Source of the DNA: a virus
IMG/VR virus record: IMGVR_UViG_3300045988_166695
Coordinates: 1-58,545 of that record
Direction: 5' to 3' (one strand)
DNA length: 58,545 nucleotides
Below are positions 28,154 through 38,162 of this stretch, in pieces. How positions within the stretch are numbered: the stretch's first letter is position 1; each line of letters opens with the position of its first letter. A program made the translations under genes and the position numbers. The notes beneath the pieces are model-generated. The model had not been told where the DNA came from. It did no database searches and saw only the letters and a list, made by a program, of their open reading frames with translations.

Positions 28154-28229
28154 TAATTACTCCATTAGAAAAAGGGGTGAGAACAACCCACATTATCCTC
28201 ACCCCTGTCACCTTAAAACACTAATCCTA

Positions 28230-28775
28230 TTACAAACCAGAAGAAGCAGTATCAACCTCAGACTTATCAAACCAATACTCCGGAGAAACTGCCGCAACAT
28301 CTGGTTCAAGCGCTGTAGCGGCAACAGCCAAACCAACGGCCCCGTCCGTATTTGCTTCGCGAGCCGAGATAGCCCCTTTGGGAAAGACAACGTACTGATC
28401 ATCTTCAGTCAATGCAATCATACACTTATAAATATCTACAACCTCTCGACTACGTTTCCAAGTTTTCTCGGTCGCTGTACCACCCATCAAAGCGGCTTTG
28501 GTCTCATAATCATACTGACCAATTGTAAAAGACATAACAACATCACCCATATCCTTTGTCTGCCGGTAATTGTTTCCGGTTAATTGATTCCTATACCGGG
28601 TAATACTTGCCTCGGATTCCTCTACTGACCAGGTATCCTGATGAACATTAATAATTTCCTTCGCTTTACCGAGCAATGTCTTCAGCAGCGCTCCGGTAAG
28701 ATCCGCTGTAACATCTGTTGTTTCGGCATACCAAAGTTTCTTAATATCCACCGCTGTAATTAAAATTCCTGCCAT
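28230..28775 (-). CDS. Major tail protein
   Basis: Assigned by position, upstream of the chaperone pair, and size (181 aa). Confidence 0.65.
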   Translation of the reverse strand: MAGILITAVDIKKLWYAETTDVTADLTGALLKTLLGKAKEIINVHQDTWSVEESEASITRYRNQLTGNNYRQTKDMGDVVMSFTIGQYDYETKAALMGGTATEKTWKRSREVVDIYKCMIALTEDDQYVVFPKGAISAREANTDGAVGLAVAATALEPDVAAVSPEYWFDKSEVDTASSGL

Positions 28776-28780
28776 AATAC

Positions 28781-29167
28781 TTATTTTTTTACATTTAACA
28801 CTTCAAATAATATACTCACATTCACAAAATGACATTTTAAAGCTTCGTCTTTCTCTTGGCTCACACTATCTACTGAATACCGGTATACAGTCCCATCATA
28901 AGCGGACACTGAACTTACCACAGCTAATTTGCGTTCTATTTCTGTTAATCTTTTGGTATTAGCTTCTCCTTTGATGTCCGGGACATACACATTCACATTA
29001 ACGAATGCAATCTTCCAAATAGTAGCCTTATCAAGAGAACCACATAGCACAACGAGACGCTCTTCTTTTACCGGACCGGTAGTAATTGCATTTTTACGGA
29101 ACATTTTAAAACCATATGGTTTCAGATCCCTAAAAAGAATAGTTTCTATATCCCCAGTAGTAATCAT
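28781..29167 (-). CDS. Tail terminator / tail completion protein
   Basis: Assigned by position between the gp10-like gene and the major tail protein gene. Confidence 0.45.
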   Translation of the reverse strand: MITTGDIETILFRDLKPYGFKMFRKNAITTGPVKEERLVVLCGSLDKATIWKIAFVNVNVYVPDIKGEANTKRLTEIERKLAVVSSVSAYDGTVYRYSVDSVSQEKDEALKCHFVNVSILFEVLNVKK

Positions 29168-29649
29168 AGTTCTCTGAATAATGAAATTACATGCTTCTTT
29201 GCACTATCCAACACATCAAGCCCCTTCGCATTAACATAGCTGGCGTATTCCATTCCGGCAACAACCACAAGGGTAATACCTTTGTTATTTTCAGAAATGA
29301 TCTTGCGCGCATACTCCATACCTTCATAACTTCCCTCCGATCCGTCACCGATTCTCCCTTTTGCCCAAAAATTTACCGAATTTCCTGTTTTCGTTATAAA
29401 AGATACGCGTTTCATGTTTACCCCATGTCCGGCAACCTTTTTAAAACCTCCCTCTTTGATGATTTTTCCATTCTTGGCAATGATATATCCGATAGAACTA
29501 CGAAGATTGCCAGTGATATTCTCGTATCTTCCTTTGCTTATAGCTACTTCCACAGACTCCTCTCCTATCTGAACAAGCATAGCAATGATTTCATTCAAAA
29601 AATCATCAATGCCCTTATACAAATCTGAAAAGTCATATGTTATATCCAT
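29164..29649 (-). CDS. HK97 gp10-like head-tail joining protein
   Basis: ITGNLRSSIGYII motif and synteny. Confidence 0.55.
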   Translation of the reverse strand: MDITYDFSDLYKGIDDFLNEIIAMLVQIGEESVEVAISKGRYENITGNLRSSIGYIIAKNGKIIKEGGFKKVAGHGVNMKRVSFITKTGNSVNFWAKGRIGDGSEGSYEGMEYARKIISENNKGITLVVVAGMEYASYVNAKGLDVLDSAKKHVISLFREL

Positions 29650-29966
29650 ATCTGTGAATAGTTTAAGTAGTTATTAACAGAACATCGCTTTACAATACCT
29701 TTACCACGAATTGCACCATCATCATCCAAGACTTTAACTTCAGTATCCGGTGCAATATTTCCTCCTGTATATACAATATGATAGCTGAAATCAAACAATT
29801 GACCACCAACAGAAATTTGCCGAGCAGTACCATTATCATCACATCGACATTCCCCAACTTCTTTCCAGGTTTCATCCTGTAAAGTAATAGGATTTCCGTC
29901 TTTATCATGCTCAACCTTACTGTCAAGTCTAACATACAATATGTGTGGAGTAAATATCATCACCAA
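29640..29966 (-). CDS. Head closure / head-tail adaptor protein
   Basis: Assigned by synteny and size. Confidence 0.45.
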   Translation of the reverse strand: MVMIFTPHILYVRLDSKVEHDKDGNPITLQDETWKEVGECRCDDNGTARQISVGGQLFDFSYHIVYTGGNIAPDTEVKVLDDDGAIRGKGIVKRCSVNNYLNYSQIWI

Positions 29967-30283
29967 ATATCAGAAACATCTTTTATTGAACTAACTCCAT
30001 TTAATTGATCTTCTAAATCATACTTTCGACACAAATAAGCGTAGTATTCTTTAAGAGAATCAAAATCCCAAGAAATAGAAAACCCATTTTCATCTATAGC
30101 TTTAGGTCTGAGGAGAAGAGAAGGGATATACTCAGCGATAGCTATAGAAATCATATCAATATTGTTCGTTGAGATTTCATCGTCTTCTTCTAAACCACTA
30201 TTGAGTACAATATCCAAAAGATCAGCCTTCGATAAACTACCGAAGGACTGAAACTTCTGCTTTATGTAGTCACCTACTGTCAT
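29960..30283 (-). CDS. Head-tail connector (gp6-like)
   Basis: Assigned by synteny; it lies directly after the capsid gene. Confidence 0.45.
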   Translation of the reverse strand: MTVGDYIKQKFQSFGSLSKADLLDIVLNSGLEEDDEISTNNIDMISIAIAEYIPSLLLRPKAIDENGFSISWDFDSLKEYYAYLCRKYDLEDQLNGVSSIKDVSDIW

Positions 30284-31386
30284 TTATCAACTGTCAACGA
30301 ATAGATACCATTGATCTCGGTAATGATAGGCAAAGACAAAGATTGAGCTTTAGTAAACTCTACTCCATTTGAATTATCCGTCTCACCTTTTCCCCATTGA
30401 GAGATACGGATTCTACCTACATTTGAATAAGTAACTCCAGGCTCCTGTCTCAACTCGTTATCGGCATAAGCATTCTTGATGACACCAAGCTTCCCAGCCG
30501 GAACGAATACGATATTTTTATCATTCCAAGGACTGTATTCTGTCAATTTTCCGTTGTTCTGAATGCGTGTCGTACGTCTTATTACCTCAAATTCCGGCCA
30601 TCCGTTCTGGCGCATAAATTCGTTCAGATTAGATAGCAAAAGAGGAGTAGAAGACTTATCTTGTCCAAAAATCACAAGTTTCATCTTCTTGTTACGAAGA
30701 ATATAAGACAGCCTTCTCTGGGAAAGCAGAATCTTATCAAAGGTTACTTTATCTTGTGCAGCATCGAATATTGCTTGAAGATCCTCAAAAGTATCAACAA
30801 CATCCTTATTTGAATCCGTCCAATCCGTAAGAACAGTAGCAATATTTTCCTTAGGCATTTTATGGTCAATAATACCTCTTACTCCACCTTCTGGATTATT
30901 GGTTTCATCAAACGTAAACACCCCTTTATTAGAAAGAGCGCCAAGGAAAATGATATCTAATTTAGATTGCACAGAATTGACAACCTTTGTTACATTGTTC
31001 CACATCAGATTGATTAACTGTTGTGTTTTTGCTGAATCTGAAATGACACGAGAATCAAGAATCTGCAGGACCTTACGGTACTCCTCTATCGGCATAGAAT
31101 AGCTCATCTGGTGAGTAAGCACCTTTTGCTTGATCGTTTCAAGTCCCTCTGTACCCATAATAGGCTCTTTGCCTTTCGAATCAAGGGTGGCAGCAGCAAC
31201 ACTTAGGTTGTATGTACCAAGCAGTTCCTCAAAATTAAGACCAATAGTCGGAGTATCCCAATCAAGAAACCTTTCATAGATATTCTGATCGAAAAGACGT
31301 TTTCTTAATTCCGAAGCTGCATCAATGCGAACCTGGACCTGTTTGGTGAGTTCGCCAAAAATAGAACTATAAAGTAATCCTGGCAT
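30280..31386 (-). CDS. Major capsid protein (lambda gpE-like)
   Basis: 368 aa, positioned after scaffold and decoration-like genes. The N-terminus resembles the capsid E family. Confidence 0.8.
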   Translation of the reverse strand: MPGLLYSSIFGELTKQVQVRIDAASELRKRLFDQNIYERFLDWDTPTIGLNFEELLGTYNLSVAAATLDSKGKEPIMGTEGLETIKQKVLTHQMSYSMPIEEYRKVLQILDSRVISDSAKTQQLINLMWNNVTKVVNSVQSKLDIIFLGALSNKGVFTFDETNNPEGGVRGIIDHKMPKENIATVLTDWTDSNKDVVDTFEDLQAIFDAAQDKVTFDKILLSQRRLSYILRNKKMKLVIFGQDKSSTPLLLSNLNEFMRQNGWPEFEVIRRTTRIQNNGKLTEYSPWNDKNIVFVPAGKLGVIKNAYADNELRQEPGVTYSNVGRIRISQWGKGETDNSNGVEFTKAQSLSLPIITEINGIYSLTVDK

Positions 31387-31389
31387 AAC

Positions 31390-31956
31390 TTATTGTCTTA
31401 CATATTTAATACTAGGGTTATTTTTCATGCACCATCCTCCCAGCAACCATTCATCTGGAATTGGATAAGCTACTTCTTTCAAGATAACCACATCATAACC
31501 TGCAGAAACAGTTTGAAAACTCATGTTTGTCTTGTATTCATAGTCTGTTTCTACGACAGCGTTGGGAACATCGTCTCCAACTACGGCAAAAGCTCCTTCT
31601 GTAGCTCCAGTTAAGGCTGCAGCCAATGTCAGAACATCATAATCTGCATTGGTTTTATCAATAGAGTTGATACTCTGTTTCGCTTCACCAATTTTTAATT
31701 CATCCCCAGGTTGAACAAGACTACCCTTTACAACTCGTGGTTTTGTTGTTGTTCCTCCAGATATAACCTTTACCGCTTTACAAACGCTACATTCCATTTT
31801 GGAGAAATCTAAAGCAATTGGTGTCCCCTTCTTAATCATTGTTCCTTCGGGAAACGTCTGCTTAAGTTTGAAATCTCCTGGGAGCACTTTACATTCTCCC
31901 CTCCAGAAAACGGGAAAATTCCCTTTGACTTGTCCTTTTTCAAAAACAATACCCAT
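31390..31956 (-). CDS. Head decoration / accessory head protein (tentative)
   Basis: Assigned only by its position between the scaffold and capsid genes. Confidence 0.35.
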   Translation of the reverse strand: MGIVFEKGQVKGNFPVFWRGECKVLPGDFKLKQTFPEGTMIKKGTPIALDFSKMECSVCKAVKVISGGTTTKPRVVKGSLVQPGDELKIGEAKQSINSIDKTNADYDVLTLAAALTGATEGAFAVVGDDVPNAVVETDYEYKTNMSFQTVSAGYDVVILKEVAYPIPDEWLLGGWCMKNNPSIKYVRQ

Positions 31957-31968
31957 AACTTATTTTTT

Positions 31969-32574
31969 TTAATTAGCGTCCGGCAATGTTTCAGCCCATT
32001 GTTTTGCGAGTTCTTTGCCCTGCGCTTCCGGTGTAGATAAGGAGAATGCCGAACTTTTATCCTCCAAGCTTCTAGCTACCTCGTTTTGTCTGACTCTTGA
32101 GAGATAAGAGTTAATTGCATTTTCGTCCATCTCGTCCGTAATAGCAAATCCCTCTTCAATTCTTTCTTTAGAAATATTCAGTTCACGAGCTTTTGAAAAA
32201 ATCATACTCTCTCTTGATGCTTTCGCCGCACCTGCTTCATACTGATTTATTTTCTCCTGAAGCGGCATAACTTTAGCAGCAATTGCATCATCAATCAACT
32301 TTTGGAGATCCGGTAGTGGAGTTGATTCTTCACCTCCAAGGACTGTTACCTCTTTTTTCTCTTTAGCTTTATTTAAAGCATCAGTTACGCGCTTATCAAT
32401 ACCGCTTTGCAAAGAAGAAAATAAAGGTTTTTGAGCGGCCACGATTGTAGCCAGATTGTCATCAGTTACTAATCCTGTTGCAGTTAAAGCGTCAGCATGT
32501 CCCTGCAGAATATCATCACTTAACCCAAAGCTAGAATAAGCCTGTTTTAATGACTGAAATATTTTATCTTTCAT
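31969..32574 (-). CDS. Scaffolding protein
   Basis: Helical, Ala/Lys/Glu-rich 201-aa protein upstream of the capsid gene. Confidence 0.55.
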   Translation of the reverse strand: MKDKIFQSLKQAYSSFGLSDDILQGHADALTATGLVTDDNLATIVAAQKPLFSSLQSGIDKRVTDALNKAKEKKEVTVLGGEESTPLPDLQKLIDDAIAAKVMPLQEKINQYEAGAAKASRESMIFSKARELNISKERIEEGFAITDEMDENAINSYLSRVRQNEVARSLEDKSSAFSLSTPEAQGKELAKQWAETLPDAN

Positions 32575-32643
32575 ACTAAAATGTTTTAATTCAGCAATAA
32601 AATTAGAGGAAATAATATTCCTATAGAAATATTGAGTATAGAT

Positions 32644-32675
32644 AGAAATGACATTTGATTAAGTGTCGGAAAAAA
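32644..32675 (-). promoter_or_regulatory. Conserved GACA-N10-TGTC-GGAAA motif, copy 3 of 3
   Basis: The minus strand reads TTTTTCCGACACTTAATCAAATGTCATTTCT. It lies between the portal terminator and the scaffold gene. Confidence 0.45.
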
Positions 32676-32680
32676 CAAAA

Positions 32681-32714
32681 AAAATAGGCGTATAGTTAGT
32701 TTTACGCCTATTTT
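32681..32714 (-). terminator. Intrinsic terminator after the portal gene
   Basis: AAAATAGGCGTA/TACGCCTATTTT stem followed by TTTTTTTTGTTTTTT on the minus strand. Confidence 0.7.
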
Positions 32715-32745
32715 TATTAATCTTCTTATATAAGCCAGAAGTCAG

Positions 32746-34116
32746 TTAATCTGCAAGAGATTGAAATCGTATTCTATTAATTTCTTCTTCCGGATTTTCA
32801 GATACAGCAATCATTTTAACCGCCTGTTCAAGAGAAATAATTCCATCCTTATATGCTTTCCCTATTGCTTCCCATTTAGAAGTAATATCTTCATTAAAAG
32901 GCTCTGCAAATTCATGTTCTATGCTTAATTTAGAAAGTTTTTCTCTCAGATGGATGTGTGTAACATTCATCATAATAGATAGAATTAGATTCTTTTCGCG
33001 ATCTATCAAAATATCATATGTCTCTTTTAGATTATCTCGTTTAATAAATCCCAACACCATAGCTCTCTTCAGCGCCTCACCAGAGAGAGTGCCTAAACCT
33101 TTCATATTCTCAAAAGAAAAGTCAGGTGTAAATGAATCAAATAGTATGGATAAATTTAAATCTCGTTTCTCACTATCTTTCATTGATGAATACTCTGGAG
33201 GAGCCATATAATCAATTGCACTATCTTTACCTGAAAGTTGTATAACTTGTCCTACTGTATCAGGATCAGCCAAAGACTGTATTACATCTGTTGTTGCCTT
33301 TACTTTTGGGTCCGAGAAATAGTTATTTGTATCAGCAGCTTTAGAATCAATCATCTCTTCCCTTTCAATCCTAATTTGTACACCATCCCATGCTTTATCT
33401 TGCCGGTAATAAATAACATTAATTTTACCCGTTGGATTAATAATTGGAACGACCTCCCACCCTACATTCCCTTTTTTACATCTAAAGATATACTGTGGAG
33501 TTTGGACATCAAAATGTTCTACAGTCTTATTATTTTCCTTCAAATAATAGCCATAGCCAAAAGCAATCATATTTTCATATTGATCAAATAAAGGACGGAG
33601 AGTATATCCTTTAGACTTTGAAATAACCAAGACTTTTACAGCAGGCTTCCCCCCATCATTATAAATATGATATACTTTTGCGCTTTCTGTTTCTGAGCCA
33701 GCCAATCTTTTAGCCTGACGCATAGAGGTATTAAAACGCGTATCTTTTAGAAATTGATTATATGCTTCAAATGCGTCATCCTGACCTTCAACATTAGCAA
33801 GTTTCCATTTAACAGGATTTCCTAATAAAAAGAATAATTCTATTTCATTTATATAAACTTGCCTTCTTCTCGGAAGCTTCTCTACAATATAAGGAGATCT
33901 ATTTTTACGAGGCTTATCTTTCCTTCTCATTACAGCGTGAGTATCTGGATTATATTCTTTTATAGCTTCACAGACCTCTTGGCTTCTATCTTGCAACATT
34001 GATTTAACTTGGCTGACATCTTTGTCACGCATAAGTTGAAATAGATCTCTTTCAACTCCCAAAGAATTGAAGGTTTTATTCCTTAATACATTAAATACAT
34101 CATCTATGAACCCCAT
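32746..34116 (-). CDS. Portal protein (SPP1 gp6-like)
   Basis: 456 aa, located after the terminase genes, with an EYNPDTHAVMRR motif. Confidence 0.85.
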   Translation of the reverse strand: MGFIDDVFNVLRNKTFNSLGVERDLFQLMRDKDVSQVKSMLQDRSQEVCEAIKEYNPDTHAVMRRKDKPRKNRSPYIVEKLPRRRQVYINEIELFFLLGNPVKWKLANVEGQDDAFEAYNQFLKDTRFNTSMRQAKRLAGSETESAKVYHIYNDGGKPAVKVLVISKSKGYTLRPLFDQYENMIAFGYGYYLKENNKTVEHFDVQTPQYIFRCKKGNVGWEVVPIINPTGKINVIYYRQDKAWDGVQIRIEREEMIDSKAADTNNYFSDPKVKATTDVIQSLADPDTVGQVIQLSGKDSAIDYMAPPEYSSMKDSEKRDLNLSILFDSFTPDFSFENMKGLGTLSGEALKRAMVLGFIKRDNLKETYDILIDREKNLILSIMMNVTHIHLREKLSKLSIEHEFAEPFNEDITSKWEAIGKAYKDGIISLEQAVKMIAVSENPEEEINRIRFQSLAD

Positions 34117-34187
34117 ATCTTACATTTTGTTTTATTTCAACTAAGCTATAAACCTCATTTTGGACAATATTTTCTATCATTTTAACA

Positions 34188-35456
34188 CTAATACAATCCT
34201 AAATCCTCTTTTGAGTATTGTTTTGGTTGCTGTATTCTTCCTAATACTTCACCAAGGACCCAATATCTAGCAGCATCCAATAGATGATTAAACTTATCTA
34301 TTGGAGTATTTATATAATTCCCATCTTTATCTTTATCCCAAGTGTATTTTCTAAGCTCATACAGAAGGTTATATGAATGTTTAGTTACTTTTATATTCAT
34401 CCCAAGCATTTTATCAATTCCGGCCTTTATAGAACCAGGATATTTATCAACAGGATAAATAAGAATCCCAGCATTTGATATTTCTTGAATAAGTCTAGGA
34501 TCCGCACTCTCCGATATTACTTTTAACTTCAATGGCTTAAGAGCATCAGAAATTTCCCCAGAAAGCATGCGAGTTCTATAGAAATGTTCATCAAGATATA
34601 GATCATTGTCTAAAATAGCACATTCAACACATGCCGATGGATCATTGGTAAATCCAAAATCAAGACCAAGTCCTCTCTTTTTAACGTAATCAGGTATACA
34701 GTCTACGATCTCAAACTTTTTAAATATTGCTCCTTCTGCAACATCGGACCATCTCCCTATAGCTATATGTGCATATTTATCTGGTTCTTCATCCTTCATA
34801 CGTAACATCTCCTGAATGAACTGAGGAGATAAATTTTCCAAGTTATCTAAGTAAGTTGTATGAATATGGAGCACATTTGGATGTGTGGAAATCTGAACCT
34901 TAACACCGTCAACCTCCACAAGTTTATGAGTGTTCTCAATATATTTTTTGTAGATAAAATGATTGGAATCTGTTGGATTCATTATGATTATGACTCTATT
35001 TTGAATCCCCTTCTGGCGAATAGAAAGTACTAATTTGTCAAAATCATCTTCACTATTCCATTCTTCAGCTTCATCACAGATAAAAGTGGTAAGGCCCTGT
35101 ATAGATTTTAGTTTAGCCGTTTGATTCCCAGAAGACGTCCTTATCCCTCGGAACATAATAACGCTATCAGAAAACGTATTTATAATGTCTTTCTTCGTTA
35201 TATCAAAGAAGTCACTCGTACCTTCTAAATCGATCTTTTCTTGAAACTCAGGAATTACAGATATATCAGCGGATGTCATTGTATAACGGCTATACAATAT
35301 TTTATGCCCACCCTCAAAAGACAGTCTCTCTATAAATGTTCCGACGTTAAAACTCTTGGCACTACCACGGCCTCCAGTTATCAATGTAATTAGCTTATCT
35401 TTATTTTCATAAAGAGGATCATATGCACTCTGAGTTTTAATATTGAATACTATCAT
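34188..35456 (-). CDS. terL: Terminase large subunit
   Basis: Walker A sequence LITGGRGSAKS, as in PBSX/Terminase_3-like proteins. Confidence 0.9.
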   Translation of the reverse strand: MIVFNIKTQSAYDPLYENKDKLITLITGGRGSAKSFNVGTFIERLSFEGGHKILYSRYTMTSADISVIPEFQEKIDLEGTSDFFDITKKDIINTFSDSVIMFRGIRTSSGNQTAKLKSIQGLTTFICDEAEEWNSEDDFDKLVLSIRQKGIQNRVIIIMNPTDSNHFIYKKYIENTHKLVEVDGVKVQISTHPNVLHIHTTYLDNLENLSPQFIQEMLRMKDEEPDKYAHIAIGRWSDVAEGAIFKKFEIVDCIPDYVKKRGLGLDFGFTNDPSACVECAILDNDLYLDEHFYRTRMLSGEISDALKPLKLKVISESADPRLIQEISNAGILIYPVDKYPGSIKAGIDKMLGMNIKVTKHSYNLLYELRKYTWDKDKDGNYINTPIDKFNHLLDAARYWVLGEVLGRIQQPKQYSKEDLGLY

Positions 35457-35926
35457 TTCTTGGTTGATCTTCCTTTAATCCATTCCTGCACAGGAATACT
35501 CCCTTTTACATTCAATGTACTCTCCTGCTTTTCGGCAAGACCTAATTTGCGCGCAATTATATTAGGGTTAAATGCTCCAACAATAGCTCCTTCCAGTTGT
35601 TGGGTTTCAATTATATTCTCTATTCGTGATATGACCCCCTTAAAATCTATGTGGTTAGCAGCCTTGAAATTTCTCCAATATTCCTCTCCAGCATCACAAT
35701 AAAGAAGAAATCCTGTTAATGTATATGGGCGCTGGGTAATTGTTTCCTCTTTCTCTTTTGTTTTACCTTTTGTCTTACGCTTAACCACTGTCAATGAATT
35801 GTTATCATCACACCATTGAAAGTATTCGCAAGCAGCATCCCAAAGCAACTCAGGTGTGGCAAATAGCTTATCACGCCCATGCTTACTACGAAGTTTCCAA
35901 AATTGATTACCTTTTGGTGCAGCCAT
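35453..35926 (-). CDS. terS: Terminase small subunit
   Basis: MAAPKGNQFWKLRSKHGRDKLFATPELLWDAACEYFQWCDDN. It overlaps terL by 4 nt. Confidence 0.75.
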   Translation of the reverse strand: MAAPKGNQFWKLRSKHGRDKLFATPELLWDAACEYFQWCDDNNSLTVVKRKTKGKTKEKEETITQRPYTLTGFLLYCDAGEEYWRNFKAANHIDFKGVISRIENIIETQQLEGAIVGAFNPNIIARKLGLAEKQESTLNVKGSIPVQEWIKGRSTKK

Positions 35927-35930
35927 AATA

Positions 35931-36383
35931 CTATAAATATTCTAATACATCCTTATTCAATATCTTCTTAGATATCAACTGACTCAGCATTTCTTTGTAA
36001 AGATAGTCCATATTAGGACGAAAAGACTTATAAGTCTTATACAAAAAGATGACATCTTCGCAATAGTCGGAAATTGACGAAAATGCCCTAACCCCTAAAA
36101 TTTCTGCAATTTTTTTTCTAAGACCTTTCATCATTTGATCGCCAAAAAGTATAGTAGCAGGAGAATACAATCTTAAGGCTATAAAACAAAATTTTTTCCT
36201 TTGATTTACACTTCCTTTTCTAGGAGGAATACTTTTTGTAGATTCTATAGCATTAAAAATATCATATATAGTTTCTATTAATCGTAAATCAGAAAGTATA
36301 GGAGTGCTTAATAGCTTTCTTCTATACTCCAATGACTCTTGTAATTCTTTTATTGATTTGGCATCTGTTATTTGATCAATCAT
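35931..36383 (-). CDS. Hypothetical protein, possibly DNA-binding
   Basis: 150 aa. The central KKFCFIALRLY...GLRKKIAEILGV loosely resembles the layout of 3782..4081. Confidence 0.5.
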   Translation of the reverse strand: MIDQITDAKSIKELQESLEYRRKLLSTPILSDLRLIETIYDIFNAIESTKSIPPRKGSVNQRKKFCFIALRLYSPATILFGDQMMKGLRKKIAEILGVRAFSSISDYCEDVIFLYKTYKSFRPNMDYLYKEMLSQLISKKILNKDVLEYL

Positions 36384-36435
36384 AGTACTTGCAATTTAAA
36401 ATATTAATAGTATATTTGTACTATAATCGTGTAAG

Positions 36436-36478
36436 AGAGGAAGAATCTTGATTGGTCGTGCGGTCTGATTCTTCCTCT
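36436..36478. promoter_or_regulatory. 12-bp perfect hairpin with loop TTGATTGGTCGTGCGGTCT (element copy 3, or a small-RNA terminator)
   Basis: Stem AGAGGAAGAATC/GATTCTTCCTCT. The plus strand has TATATTTG at 36411..36418 upstream and TTCTATTTT downstream. Confidence 0.4.
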
Positions 36479-36480
36479 TT

Positions 36481-36660
36481 CTATTTTAAAGGTTTATCCA
36501 TCTCCTGTATAGCTTTATTCTTCTCATCAATATCTTTGCCCCACATCATAGCAGAATAGAGAGCACCTGCATACAAGAATAGTTCTTCACTATTTTCAAG
36601 GAAATCAACTTTTAAAGCTGCTTTAATAGCTTGGCTGTAAACATTAGTATCTCTTTCCAT
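36481..36660 (-). CDS. Small hypothetical protein (59 aa)
   Basis: MERDTNVYSQAIKAALKVDFLENSEELFLYAGALYSAMMWGKDIDEKNKAIQEMDKPLK. It is below the ORF-track cutoff. Confidence 0.3.
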   Translation of the reverse strand: MERDTNVYSQAIKAALKVDFLENSEELFLYAGALYSAMMWGKDIDEKNKAIQEMDKPLK

Positions 36661-37219
36661 GCTTCTTTTCTCTTAGCTCGTTATATCTCATCTTCTGCTC
36701 GATATGCCAAAGGAGGTCTATGCCAAGATAATTGGCTAAACCAATAATTGCCAATAGCATAGCGTTTACTTGTTCATCAAACAAAGAATCGTATTCATAT
36801 TCATGCCGTATAGGAATTGTAGATATGGCGTATATGCTTTCTGTGAAGGTCTCTCCGTTGCAGCTTTCCACTGCCCCATATATCATTTCTTCTGAAAAAT
36901 CCTTGATGTCTATCTTACGAAGTCCGCACAAATCAAGCAGGCGTATAGCTGCATCGGCAAGCTCTTCGGGCACTGTGCCTTTAATGCAGTAGTCATACAC
37001 CTGCTTTAAGTTGTTCTTTGGATATGACATACCGCAATTAAATTGCTCTATATTGGGCTGTTTTCCTTTCCTATCTGCTTCCACAGCTTCCATAAGCTCA
37101 GAAATGACAAGGCAAAGGCAGTGTTCTTTACTCAGCTCCTTATCATGGAAACCGTGCTCGCAAGCGGTCTTATAAGCACGGTCGCGCCATTTATTCAAAT
37201 TGATATTTTCCATAATCAC
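36644..37219 (-). CDS. MazG-like nucleotide pyrophosphohydrolase
   Basis: LVISELMEAVEADRKG, EELADAAIRLLDL and KMRYNELREKKHGKRY motifs. Confidence 0.6.
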   Translation of the reverse strand: MIMENINLNKWRDRAYKTACEHGFHDKELSKEHCLCLVISELMEAVEADRKGKQPNIEQFNCGMSYPKNNLKQVYDYCIKGTVPEELADAAIRLLDLCGLRKIDIKDFSEEMIYGAVESCNGETFTESIYAISTIPIRHEYEYDSLFDEQVNAMLLAIIGLANYLGIDLLWHIEQKMRYNELREKKHGKRY

Positions 37220-37578
37220 ATAAGTTTTAATGCTTCCTGTATTCCTGCTTCAAGTGCTTCTTCGTAGGTGTTGTAACGAACAGAGTCTCTATCCTCCAAT
37301 CCTATCAGATCATGGGTAGGTATTCTCAGAATACCGTAAAGCCAATAGCCTCCATACATATAGCCTATTTCAATATGGAGGCATTTAGTGTCACGCAACC
37401 ACTTTTGGGCAGCGGATTGAGTAGGATGGGAACATACTTTTATTGGTAACTCGCTATTTGTTCTACTAGTACCATATTGTCTACCATCTTCAATATTAAT
37501 AGCTATCGAACATGGCTCGTCAAATCCTTTCTCTTTCAGCAGTTTCGCTGTTTCTAATGTTACAAATTCTTCGGTCAT
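37216..37578 (-). CDS. Hypothetical protein
   Basis: 120-aa ORF with a 4-nt overlap with its neighbour. Confidence 0.6.
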   Translation of the reverse strand: MTEEFVTLETAKLLKEKGFDEPCSIAINIEDGRQYGTSRTNSELPIKVCSHPTQSAAQKWLRDTKCLHIEIGYMYGGYWLYGILRIPTHDLIGLEDRDSVRYNTYEEALEAGIQEALKLM

Positions 37579-37580
37579 AG

Positions 37581-37934
37581 TTATTCTCCTTTCTTTAATT
37601 CTTTAATAAGAGCATCAGCGTTTCTTACTGCCGCTATTGCCAGTTCACAAGGTGTTGGATTAGGATCTACTCCCTCAATAATAGGAGCGCATAAAATCCC
37701 TTGCATAGCGGTTTTCGCTATTTCATAACGCCTCTGTTCCCAATCAATATAAGGGCTATAATCCGTAATATCAACTTTATTAGAATTAATCATAACTTGT
37801 TTTCCTTTGGGGAGTTTACATCGGTATACGACACCAGCATATCCGTTCAAACTATCTAAAATCTCAACTTCTGTACCTATGGCAAGCATTTCTGTTTTTG
37901 AAAGCTCAATTCCGATATTAGTTTTTCCTTTCAT
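37581..37934 (-). CDS. Hypothetical protein
   Basis: 117-aa ORF. Confidence 0.6.
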   Translation of the reverse strand: MKGKTNIGIELSKTEMLAIGTEVEILDSLNGYAGVVYRCKLPKGKQVMINSNKVDITDYSPYIDWEQRRYEIAKTAMQGILCAPIIEGVDPNPTPCELAIAAVRNADALIKELKKGE

Positions 37935-37938
37935 TATT

Positions 37939-38160
37939 CTATCCTTTAAAAGTTCTCATATATTCACATTTTTCATCACATACTCCCTTCTTTGCACAAT
38001 GGGCAATATTGGAGTCAAATTTATACTCGAAGTTATAACATAGCTTCTTGTATGCCTCTCGTTTAGCTTTTTCTCTGTCAGCCTTCATCTTAGCTTTGAT
38101 GTGTTCTGGCAAAGCGTCTTGTGCTGCTTTATCGAAGGTTATACATTTGATTTTATCCAT
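37939..38160 (-). CDS. Hypothetical protein
   Basis: 73-aa ORF. Confidence 0.5.
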   Translation of the reverse strand: MDKIKCITFDKAAQDALPEHIKAKMKADREKAKREAYKKLCYNFEYKFDSNIAHCAKKGVCDEKCEYMRTFKG

Positions 38161-38162
38161 AT

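Noticed and set aside
27621-28583. 320-aa plus-strand ORF
   Set aside because: It is antisense to the tail chaperone and major tail protein genes. The sequence is low-complexity and Ser/Ile-rich with no motif, and the minus-strand genes fit conserved synteny.
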